Assembly (NCBI RefSeq): GCF_023169545.1
Contig: NZ_AP019769.1
Location: forward strand, 570,001 to 602,000
Source of the DNA: Nanobdella aerobiophila
Lineage (GTDB): Archaea; Nanobdellota; Nanobdellia; Nanobdellales; Nanobdellaceae
Length of the DNA stretch: 32,000 bases
Direction of reading: 5' to 3'
The notes beneath the pieces are model-generated. The model did not search any database. It was not told the DNA's origin and saw only the letters and a list, made by a program, of their open reading frames with translations. The position numbers and the translations under genes were made by a program. Shown here piece after piece: positions 24,316 to 32,000 of the stretch. The number at the start of each line of letters is the position of its first letter. The first letter of the stretch is position 1.

Positions 24316-24837
24316 ATGAAAGCAATTCATCTATATATAGAATACATACTACTACTATTATTGTCATCTATAGCATTTTATATATTATTTACATGGTGGA
24401 TAAATAATAAGATATATGCTATAAATTTTTATAATGAAAATACATTTAATTATCAATCAAAATACATAGGAGATATATTATATAATTTACAAAATGATTA
24501 TTATTACAATATAAATTTTAATTTAAATTATAAATTATATTGTTTGAATAATCTAACATTAATAGAATCTAGTAATTTTTGTAAAACAACATTAAATAAT
24601 ATGCAATATAATGGGGAGTTAATATATTCATACGGAGATTATTATGTTTATGATCCTAGTCTAAATGGATATTATCTATTAGAATATAGGGATAACTCTA
24701 TATTATATGGGTGTTATCAAGGATATTTATCTACAGTTTTATTAACAGATAATTGTACTGGTGTATGTGTAGGAAATGATTGCATATTAAATATTGTAAA
24801 AAATGGCATAGAAGTATATTCTAATATATACACATGA
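24316..24837 (+). CDS. Putative pilin-like protein (weak class III signal), Cys-rich extracellular domain
   Basis: From the ATG at 24316 the product begins MKAIHLYIEYILLLLLSSIAFYILF: a short charged N-terminus, then Lys-Ala, then a hydrophobic helix. It is the first gene of the pilus operon, and its stop overlaps the next start. Confidence 0.35.
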   Translation: MKAIHLYIEYILLLLLSSIAFYILFTWWINNKIYAINFYNENTFNYQSKYIGDILYNLQNDYYYNINFNLNYKLYCLNNLTLIESSNFCKTTLNNMQYNGELIYSYGDYYVYDPSLNGYYLLEYRDNSILYGCYQGYLSTVLLTDNCTGVCVGNDCILNIVKNGIEVYSNIYT

Positions 24838-25073
24838 AGGGACAAATATTTATAGAGGAAATATTATATATTATTATTGTTTTGACATTAATTTCCTTAT
24901 CAATTTTATTTTACTATAATACATTAAATAATTTAAATAATAAAAATTATAATAATTATATAAACATAAAAAAGTATATTTATGAAAATATAATATTTGA
25001 GAATACATCAAACTTATTATATTTATATAATAACTACCAGAATATAGAGACAATTATAATTAAAAATACATAA
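24834..25073 (+). CDS. Putative type IV pilin-like protein (class III signal peptide)
   Basis: 79 aa. MKGQIFIEEILYIIIVLTLISLSILF has K-G|Q-I matching the archaeal prepilin peptidase site. Glu falls at +5 and is followed by a hydrophobic helix. Confidence 0.5.
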   Translation: MKGQIFIEEILYIIIVLTLISLSILFYYNTLNNLNNKNYNNYINIKKYIYENIIFENTSNLLYLYNNYQNIETIIIKNT

Positions 25074-25088
25074 ATAGTTTAGATTATT

Positions 25089-26639
25089 ATGAAATATATA
25101 AAGGTTGAGGATGTATTAAAATACTTCGACGAACAGATTAAAAAAGAAAATTATATACCAGAAATAAATCAAGATAAAGAAAAATCTGAAATTGACATAA
25201 TATATCCTTTGATTGGTAATTTTTCATATGCACATATATATCATGATTTAATATCAGAGGAAATAGTATATGAACTTTTAGAACCAGAATTATCTTATGA
25301 AGAAAAATTCCTTATAGAAAAAATAAAAAAATATATAATTGATGATATATATAAAGATCCTGATAAATATTTAGAAAAAGACCACAAGACTATTTTAATG
25401 AAAGAACTAGGAAATTATATAAATAAATTTAAGATTGAAACTGATAAAAATGGATTCTTAAAATATTATTATTATTTATGGAGAGACATGCTAGGTTTAG
25501 AAAAATTAGAACCCTTATTTTATGATATATTTATTGAAGATATATCATGTGATGGTTATGATATACCTATATATGTACACCATAGTAAATATGGTATACT
25601 AAGATCAAATATAATATTTTCTAGAGATGAATTAGATAGATTTACAATAAAATTAGCTCAAAAAACAGGTAAAAATATTTCTTATGCAGAACCATTATTA
25701 GATGCTACTTTACCGGATGGTTCTAGAATTAATATTACATATACTGATGAGATAACTACTAAAGGACCCACATTTACTATAAGAAAATTCAAAAAGCAAT
25801 TATTATCATTAACAGACTTAATAAAGGACAGAACATTAGATACAAAAATTGCTGCATATTTATGGACACTAATAGAAGCAAGAGCAAATATACTAATTTC
25901 TGGATCTACCTCTTCTGGAAAAACAACTCTGTTAAATGTAATTTCTCAATTTATACCCCCTGATGCAAAAGTAATTTCTATAGAAGATACGAGAGAATTA
26001 CAATTATATCATGATAATTGGATACCTGCTACTACAAGAAGAGGATTTAATATAGGAGACAGATATTATGGAGAAGTAAATATGTATAATTTATTAGCAG
26101 AATCATTTAGACAGAATCCAGACTATGTAATTGTCGGAGAAGTAAGAGGAGAAGAAGCTTATGTAATGTTTCAGGGCATGGCATCCGGTCATGCTGCTTT
26201 ATCTACAATACATACAGATACTTGGAAATCCTTAATAAGAAGATTAACTACTCCACCAATTAATTTACCGGTAGATCAGGTAGCATTACTTGATGCAGTA
26301 ATATTTATGATAAGGGCTAGGAATATATCTCCATCAGCTAGAAGAGTAAGAGAAGCAATAGAAGTAGGAAAATATAAAAACAATGAAATTGAAGCTAAGA
26401 GTGTGATTAGATGGGATTTTTCTGACGATAAATTCGAAACAAAAGATTTAGGAAAAACAATAGAAGATGAATTGAGGTATAGATTAGGTTATAAACAAGA
26501 CATAGAAAAGTCTATAAAAGAAAAAGAAAAGATAATAAAATATTTATTGAATAAAAATATAAGAGATCAAAAGAAGATTTCAAACTATATAAAGCTATAT
26601 TATATAGATAAGGATAGTTTACTATCAGAAATAGAATGA
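25089..26639 (+). CDS. Type IV pilus/archaellum assembly ATPase, FlaI/ArlI/VirB11-like (T2SS E family)
   Basis: 516 aa. It has Walker A GSTSSGKTTLLN, an Asp box IEDTRELQL, a Walker B-like VGEVRGEEA and a His box. Confidence 0.85.
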   Translation: MKYIKVEDVLKYFDEQIKKENYIPEINQDKEKSEIDIIYPLIGNFSYAHIYHDLISEEIVYELLEPELSYEEKFLIEKIKKYIIDDIYKDPDKYLEKDHKTILMKELGNYINKFKIETDKNGFLKYYYYLWRDMLGLEKLEPLFYDIFIEDISCDGYDIPIYVHHSKYGILRSNIIFSRDELDRFTIKLAQKTGKNISYAEPLLDATLPDGSRINITYTDEITTKGPTFTIRKFKKQLLSLTDLIKDRTLDTKIAAYLWTLIEARANILISGSTSSGKTTLLNVISQFIPPDAKVISIEDTRELQLYHDNWIPATTRRGFNIGDRYYGEVNMYNLLAESFRQNPDYVIVGEVRGEEAYVMFQGMASGHAALSTIHTDTWKSLIRRLTTPPINLPVDQVALLDAVIFMIRARNISPSARRVREAIEVGKYKNNEIEAKSVIRWDFSDDKFETKDLGKTIEDELRYRLGYKQDIEKSIKEKEKIIKYLLNKNIRDQKKISNYIKLYYIDKDSLLSEIE

Positions 26640-27469
26640 ATAAATTAACTAAATTTTTATATCCGTATTTTAAAAATAAGAGAATAGATATAAACTATAC
26701 AGAATTTAAAGTATCTGTAGAAGAATATATAAATTTAACAATAAAATACTCTTTATTATTATTTATAATCGGAACTGTATCTATATCTATTATATTCATA
26801 ATATATTTGAATTTCTACAATATAGTATTATTTATAATTAGTATATTATTTGGTTTTGCAGTAGGACTATTTACTTTTATATATTTATATATATATCCTA
26901 CTGCTGCAAAGACAGATTACCTAAAAAGCATAGACGATAATTTATCCTTTTTTTCTCTATATTTCTATTCTTATTCTGGATCTGGAATGAATATTATAGA
27001 AATATTCAGATTATTAAATAAAAAGAAGAGTTTTGGTATGATAAATAAAGAAATTTCATATTTGCTATCATTAATAGATGTATTCGGATATGATTTAATT
27101 TCTGCATTATTAAAGTTAGCTAATACTACCCCATCAGACCAATTTAAAGAATTTTTATATGGATTAATATCTGTAGTGAAATCTGGTGGTTCCATAAGAG
27201 AATTCGCTAGAATATTTGCAAAGGAAAAATTAGAGGATTATGAAATACAATTAAAAGCATATAATGAAAAAGCAAACCTATGGATAACTTTTTATGCATT
27301 TTTCTTTATTACATTTCCTATAGTATTATTAATATTGGCATTTTTATTCTCTTATGCATCTGGTAATATAGCAATATTAAATTCTCTAATATTCTTTTTC
27401 GTTGTAATAATCCCCTTTTCATATATAGCTTATTTATATATGATACATATATATCAACCTAGAATATAA
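26636..27469 (+). CDS. FlaJ/TadC-like pilus platform membrane protein with a single T2SS-F domain (half size)
   Basis: 277 aa. The segment GYDLISALLKLANTTPSDQFKEFLYGLISVVKSGGSIREFA matches the FlaJ/TadC core motif and is flanked by TM helices. Its start overlaps the ATPase stop. Confidence 0.65.
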   Translation: MNKLTKFLYPYFKNKRIDINYTEFKVSVEEYINLTIKYSLLLFIIGTVSISIIFIIYLNFYNIVLFIISILFGFAVGLFTFIYLYIYPTAAKTDYLKSIDDNLSFFSLYFYSYSGSGMNIIEIFRLLNKKKSFGMINKEISYLLSLIDVFGYDLISALLKLANTTPSDQFKEFLYGLISVVKSGGSIREFARIFAKEKLEDYEIQLKAYNEKANLWITFYAFFFITFPIVLLILAFLFSYASGNIAILNSLIFFFVVIIPFSYIAYLYMIHIYQPRI

Positions 27470-27471
27470 AA

Positions 27472-30198
27472 TTATATTAATAATAATCCAGATATTATTG
27501 CAATAATTATCGCTAAAACATTATAATTTTCTGATGCGACTATAGATCCTGCAGAATTCGTATATCCTTGTACACTCAATATATATTCCCCATTTCCTAT
27601 ATAATCATTATTTGCATTAAAACCTATATCCAACTCTGAATAACCAGGATTAAATGGCAATACGGAAAATTGTAGTATATATGACTGATTTGGTTGTAAT
27701 TGATTAATATATACTTCTTTAGTAGTATATAATGGAATATTATTAAATAGAACTTCAGGATTCTGTCCTATTTGATCTATATACATAGTAATATTATTTA
27801 ATGTGATATTACCTATATTGGTTATATTCAATATTAAATTATAATCTGGTTTATCTAATTCAAAATCTAAAGTATTATTATTTATAGGATATGATATAGT
27901 ACTATTATACTTTATATATGCTTGTAATTGGATTATTCCATAATACACTTCAGTTAATGTACCCTGCTGATATATAATATTCTCATTTGAGCATAAATTA
28001 ACATTACTACATGCACTAATATATACATTTAAAATATTGGAAGGGTTATATGGAATTTGAATTATTGCTGAATTTTGATTATAATATGTATTTGAATATC
28101 CGTTATTTGTTGTTATAGTTATGTTCTTTATACCTGATAATGCATAACTAGAGATATTTAAATATAAATAATCATTATTATTTATTACAGTTGAATTAAT
28201 TAAATTTGTATTTATTATTGGAGGGTTATTATCTATATAAACATTATCTGTTGTATTTTCTATACATCCATTATTATTACATGCTAATAATGTTAAATTA
28301 TATATACCTGCCCTAGATAATATATAATTAAAATTATAATATTGTAAAGGTGAGGAAAAATTTTCTTGATATGCAACATTATTATTTAATAATATTGTTA
28401 GATTTTCTGGATAAGATATATTAGAATATAATTCTATTCCAGTAGTCCAGGTTCCTGGAGTATAATTATTACTATTTTGTAAATTTTGCAGATAATAATC
28501 ATTAATATAGGGAGAGCTATTTATATATTGATTGGAATTAAAAAGATTAGATTTAATTATATTAATATCGCAAGATCCTATAGATATAGTTATGTTAGTA
28601 GTAGAGTAGAGTAAAGGTATCAAAACAGAATTTCCGACATTGCAGGAGTTTATGTCCGCAAGAAGATCAGGAGATGAATCAAAGACATCTAGATTAGAGA
28701 TCGAATTATCTTGAATCGTGGAAGAAGCCATATATAAACCATAATCTGCGCCGGAGACACCCGACGAACCCGCATTTATCATATAGTTAGCGTTAGATAT
28801 ATTGTAAATATAAATATTTATATTAGAAAATATATTATTCTCTAAATAAGAATAATCAGAAATAAGATATAGTCCATAATTTGTATTGTAGATATTTATG
28901 TTTGAAAAAGAGTTGCTATCTAGATAAGAATAAAGCACTACCACTGGTGAATTGGCATAAGATAATAAGTATAGTCCATAATTTGTATTGTAGATATTTA
29001 TGTTTGAAAAAGAGTTGCTATCTACATATGAGTAAGCAGAACCCGAATAAGAATAAAGATATAGTGCGTAATCAGCATTATATACAGTTATATTAGAAAA
29101 AGAATTGCTATTTATTTCGGAATAGTAAGAACCAGAAGGATAAAAGTATAATCCATAATTTGTATTGTAGATATTTATGTTTGAAAAAGAGTTGCTATCT
29201 ACATATGAGAAAGTATAAAAATATATATAAATTCCATAGTTAGAATTATATACAGTTATATTAGAAAAACCATTACTTTCTAAATAAGACACTGAAAAGC
29301 CGTTGCTGCTCGGGCTATAAACTTGGAGGTATATTCCATAACTTAAACTGAATACATTTATGGTAAAAAATTCGTTATTTTCTAGATAAGCATAAGAACC
29401 TGCATTAGAGTATAGATATATTCCGTTAGAAGAATTATATATGATTATATTATAGAATTTATTAACATCTACAGATGTATTTGTATTCCCATGAGAATAT
29501 AGATATATTCCGTTAGAAGAATTATATATGGTTATATTAGAAAATGTATTATTGTCTATATAAGCATAAGAATAAGCACTGGAATAATCTGAAAAAGAGT
29601 GGGCATTAGAGTATAGATATATTCCGTTAGAAGAATTATATATGGTTATATTAGAAAATGTATTATTGTCTATATAAGCATAAGAATAAGCATCGGAATA
29701 ATATGAAATAGAATTAGAATAAGAGTATAGATATATTCCGTTAGAAGAATTATATATGGTTATATTAGAAAATGTATTATTGTCTATATAAGCATAAGAA
29801 TAAGCATTAGGATAACCTGTAGAAGAATAAGCATTAGAATAGAAATATATACTGTATTCTATATTTTGAAAACTTACAAAACTTACATTTATATAACTTA
29901 TGATAAACAAATCTCCATTACTCGAGGTACCTTGATAGTAATAAATTCCGTAATTGCTATCATTCGCGCCCTGTCCAATTATATAATACCCGTTTCCATT
30001 AATAATAACATTACTAGTAGTTATATTTATACATGCGTTACCAGAACCTGTCACTGTTAAATTCTTAGTTAAATAATAATAACCAGGAGAACTAATCGTA
30101 AAACCACAAGAACTTATGGGTGTAGCAGAAAATACTTTAAAATTCACTAAAAGTAAAAGGCTAACCAATGATAATAAATATTTATATATTTTATTCAT
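27472..30198 (-). CDS. Secreted 908-aa right-handed beta-helix (PbH1/NosD-like) repeat surface protein with C-terminal membrane anchor; adhesin candidate
   Basis: It starts with the signal peptide MNKIYKYLLSLVSLLLLVNFKVFSA. The entry motif CGFTISSPGYYYLTKNLT...CINITTSNVIINGNGYYIIG is NosD-like. About 11 repeats follow of the form YSY[AV]Y[ILV][DE][NS]N[ST]FSNI[TN][IV]YN[ST].(N)YG[IL]YLYS. The final 216 aa are homologous to the C-terminus of the 1255-aa protein. Confidence 0.8.
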   Translation of the reverse strand: MNKIYKYLLSLVSLLLLVNFKVFSATPISSCGFTISSPGYYYLTKNLTVTGSGNACINITTSNVIINGNGYYIIGQGANDSNYGIYYYQGTSSNGDLFIISYINVSFVSFQNIEYSIYFYSNAYSSTGYPNAYSYAYIDNNTFSNITIYNSSNGIYLYSYSNSISYYSDAYSYAYIDNNTFSNITIYNSSNGIYLYSNAHSFSDYSSAYSYAYIDNNTFSNITIYNSSNGIYLYSHGNTNTSVDVNKFYNIIIYNSSNGIYLYSNAGSYAYLENNEFFTINVFSLSYGIYLQVYSPSSNGFSVSYLESNGFSNITVYNSNYGIYIYFYTFSYVDSNSFSNINIYNTNYGLYFYPSGSYYSEINSNSFSNITVYNADYALYLYSYSGSAYSYVDSNSFSNINIYNTNYGLYLLSYANSPVVVLYSYLDSNSFSNINIYNTNYGLYLISDYSYLENNIFSNINIYIYNISNANYMINAGSSGVSGADYGLYMASSTIQDNSISNLDVFDSSPDLLADINSCNVGNSVLIPLLYSTTNITISIGSCDINIIKSNLFNSNQYINSSPYINDYYLQNLQNSNNYTPGTWTTGIELYSNISYPENLTILLNNNVAYQENFSSPLQYYNFNYILSRAGIYNLTLLACNNNGCIENTTDNVYIDNNPPIINTNLINSTVINNNDYLYLNISSYALSGIKNITITTNNGYSNTYYNQNSAIIQIPYNPSNILNVYISACSNVNLCSNENIIYQQGTLTEVYYGIIQLQAYIKYNSTISYPINNNTLDFELDKPDYNLILNITNIGNITLNNITMYIDQIGQNPEVLFNNIPLYTTKEVYINQLQPNQSYILQFSVLPFNPGYSELDIGFNANNDYIGNGEYILSVQGYTNSAGSIVASENYNVLAIIIAIISGLLLI
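28760..29870 (-). repeat. In-frame tandem repeat array inside the beta-helix gene, with two near-identical DNA repeat families
   Basis: Family A has the core tatagatatattccgttagaagaattatatatg at 29411, 29498, 29612 and 29726. The last three are 114 nt apart and identical for about 81 nt. Family B has the 48-nt core ccataatttgtattgtagatatttatgtttgaaaaagagttgctatct at 28874, 28976 and 29153. Confidence 0.9.
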
Positions 30199-30221
30199 TC
30201 AAAATTTATTAAAAAAAAATC

Positions 30222-30230
30222 TTATAAATA
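30222..30230 (-). promoter_or_regulatory. Candidate TATA box for the 908-aa surface protein gene
   Basis: TTATAAATA lies 24-32 nt upstream of the ATG at 30198 and abuts the EF-2 stop codon. Confidence 0.3.
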
Positions 30231-30231
30231 T

Positions 30232-32000
30232 TTAGTGAACACCTTCTGGAATTCCTTTTCTTTTCCTTATAGAATCTATTATTTGTTGTTGCAAGTCTTT
30301 TGGTACTCTCTCAAATAATTGATCCTCTAAATACCATACTCCTTTACCAGATGTAGTAGACCTTAATTCATCAGTAAATCCAAACATATTTGCTACAGGT
30401 ATCTTAGCTTTTAAAGTAGATCTCTCTTCTTGAACATCCATTTCTAATACCTGTCCTCTCCTAGATTGTAATAATGATGTAACATCACCTACCGTTTCTG
30501 GAGGTGTATCTATTCTTATAATTTGTAATGGTTCAAATAATGCAGGTTGTTCTAATATTGCTTCTTTTATTGAATCTTTAGCTGCAGGAATTATTTGAGC
30601 AGGACCCCTATGTATTGCATCTTCATGTAATACTGCATCAATTAATTTTACTTTCATCATTATTGTTGGCTCCCATGCTAAAGGTCCTTGTTCCATAACT
30701 TCCTTAAATCCTTGTACAATATATTCTATTACTTCTGGTAAATGTACTAAACCTCTAGTCATATCTATCAATACATTTCCATTTTGTACCATAATTATTC
30801 TTCTAGCTTCTTCTTTATCAAAACCAATTTCATTAAATACTTTCCATAAATCTTCTTTTTTTATTCTTCCTTCTTCTATCTTACCTTCCCTTATATATTC
30901 TCTTAATTTTTCATATATATTTGGATCTAAAGGTTCTATCTGGAAATATATTTTATTATGTTTATTTGGAGACTTACCTTCATGTACCTGCGTTTGTTTT
31001 AATACAGATTCTCTATATACAACTATTGGCTCACTTACATTTATAGGAATTCCAAAATCATTTTGAACCCTATATTCTAATATTTGTAAATGTAAGTCTC
31101 CTAAACCTGAAACCAATATCTCTCCTGTATCTTTCTTTTGTTCTACCTTTATTGTTGGATCTTCTCTTCTCATTAATTCTAATGTTTCTATTAATTTTGG
31201 TAAATCATTTGGATTTTTTGGTTCAAATGATTTTGTAACTACAGGATCTAACCAATGTTTTAATTCTTCAAATGTTTCTACTGATTTTGGATCTTGAACT
31301 TTTGCTACAATTGTTTCACCTGGATATAATCCTCTTATACCAACTAAAGCAATAATATTACCAGCTTTAACAGAATCTACATTTAATCTTTGTATACCCT
31401 TCCATATTGCTACTTGCTGTATTTTCACTGGTCTTCCAGCCTGGATTAAATATACATCATCTCCCTTGTTTAATGTTCCCGAAAACATTCTAGCAGTAGC
31501 AATTTCTTGTTTAGATATCTTATCTATAATTACATTTGTAACATTTATAACTAAAGGTCCATTTGGATCTGTATTTTCCATAGCTTTACCAACTTCTGAA
31601 TTTATATTACCTTTCCATATATGTGGGATTCTATATCTTTGAGCTTCTATTGGAGATGGTAGATGATTTATAACCATATCCAAAATTACTTTTGCTACAG
31701 GAGCTTTTTTTCTCATTTCTTCCCTTAATTTTTCCTTATCATTATCGTATTTTGTGTATATATCTATTATATCTTTAAACGAAACATTATTTTTCTTCAT
31801 ATATGGTAATGATAATGCCCAATGAAATTTTGCAGACCCAAATGCTACAGAACCATCTACCACATTTACATTCCATTTACCTTTAAATTCTTGGGGAGTA
31901 TACTTTTCTATCAACCTATTTACTTCTATAACTATATTACCAATTCTTTCCATTATTTGCTGCGGACTTAATTTTAATTCAGTTATTGCTCTATCAGCTT
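30232..32000 (-). CDS. fusA: Translation elongation factor 2 (aEF-2), C-terminal ~590 aa; the N-terminus lies beyond the window
   Basis: The frame stays open to base 32000 (…ADRAITELKLSPQQIMERIG…). EF-2 domains II-V are present, including the diphthamide-site motif HEDAIHRGPAQ. Confidence 0.9.
   Translation of the reverse strand, partial: ADRAITELKLSPQQIMERIGNIVIEVNRLIEKYTPQEFKGKWNVNVVDGSVAFGSAKFHWALSLPYMKKNNVSFKDIIDIYTKYDNDKEKLREEMRKKAPVAKVILDMVINHLPSPIEAQRYRIPHIWKGNINSEVGKAMENTDPNGPLVINVTNVIIDKISKQEIATARMFSGTLNKGDDVYLIQAGRPVKIQQVAIWKGIQRLNVDSVKAGNIIALVGIRGLYPGETIVAKVQDPKSVETFEELKHWLDPVVTKSFEPKNPNDLPKLIETLELMRREDPTIKVEQKKDTGEILVSGLGDLHLQILEYRVQNDFGIPINVSEPIVVYRESVLKQTQVHEGKSPNKHNKIYFQIEPLDPNIYEKLREYIREGKIEEGRIKKEDLWKVFNEIGFDKEEARRIIMVQNGNVLIDMTRGLVHLPEVIEYIVQGFKEVMEQGPLAWEPTIMMKVKLIDAVLHEDAIHRGPAQIIPAAKDSIKEAILEQPALFEPLQIIRIDTPPETVGDVTSLLQSRRGQVLEMDVQEERSTLKAKIPVANMFGFTDELRSTTSGKGVWYLEDQLFERVPKDLQQQIIDSIRKRKGIPEGVH

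Noticed and set aside
28760-29870. Possible CRISPR array suggested by regularly spaced identical repeats
   Set aside because: The repeats are 48-81 nt and the periods are multiples of 3. They lie in one continuous 908-aa reading frame encoding beta-helix rungs, and no cas genes are present. They are coding tandem repeats, not CRISPR.
20180-30060. Shadow ORFs 20180-20365(+), 24102-24287(-), 26971-27195(-), 28881-29096(+) and 29866-30060(+)
   Set aside because: They are embedded antisense in glgP-like, rnj, flaJ-like and the beta-helix gene respectively, and nothing supports them.

Overview
This window is very AT-rich. Hand counts give about 19-21% GC in typical genes, and the two tRNA genes stand out as GC islands. 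It is densely coded and clearly archaeal: it carries ribosomal proteins L40e, L34e and L14e, aEF-2 with the diphthamide-site motif, FEN1, archaeal-type TrpRS and GlyRS, archaeal RNase J, SecY, and FlaI/FlaJ-type pilus genes. Gene overlaps are common, spacers are tiny, and adk and cmk are missing from the secY cluster. Together these fit a reduced DPANN/Nanoarchaeota-like symbiont genome; that taxonomic call is inference, not proof. Housekeeping genes are interrupted by accessory, cell-surface-oriented regions. (1) An orphan two-gene module at 6143-9914 pairs a 562-aa helical protein with an endonuclease-IV-like TIM barrel split by a roughly 300-aa insertion. (2) A tRNA-Ala-flanked islet holds a methyltransferase relic, a HEPN-MNT pair and a 1255-aa secreted protein that is internally duplicated and compositionally mosaic. 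(3) A minimal type IV pilus operon lies convergent with a 908-aa beta-helix repeat adhesin. The adhesin shares a 216-aa C-terminal cassette, ending in VASEN plus a membrane helix, with the 1255-aa protein. I found no rRNA, CRISPR array, transposase or integrase.
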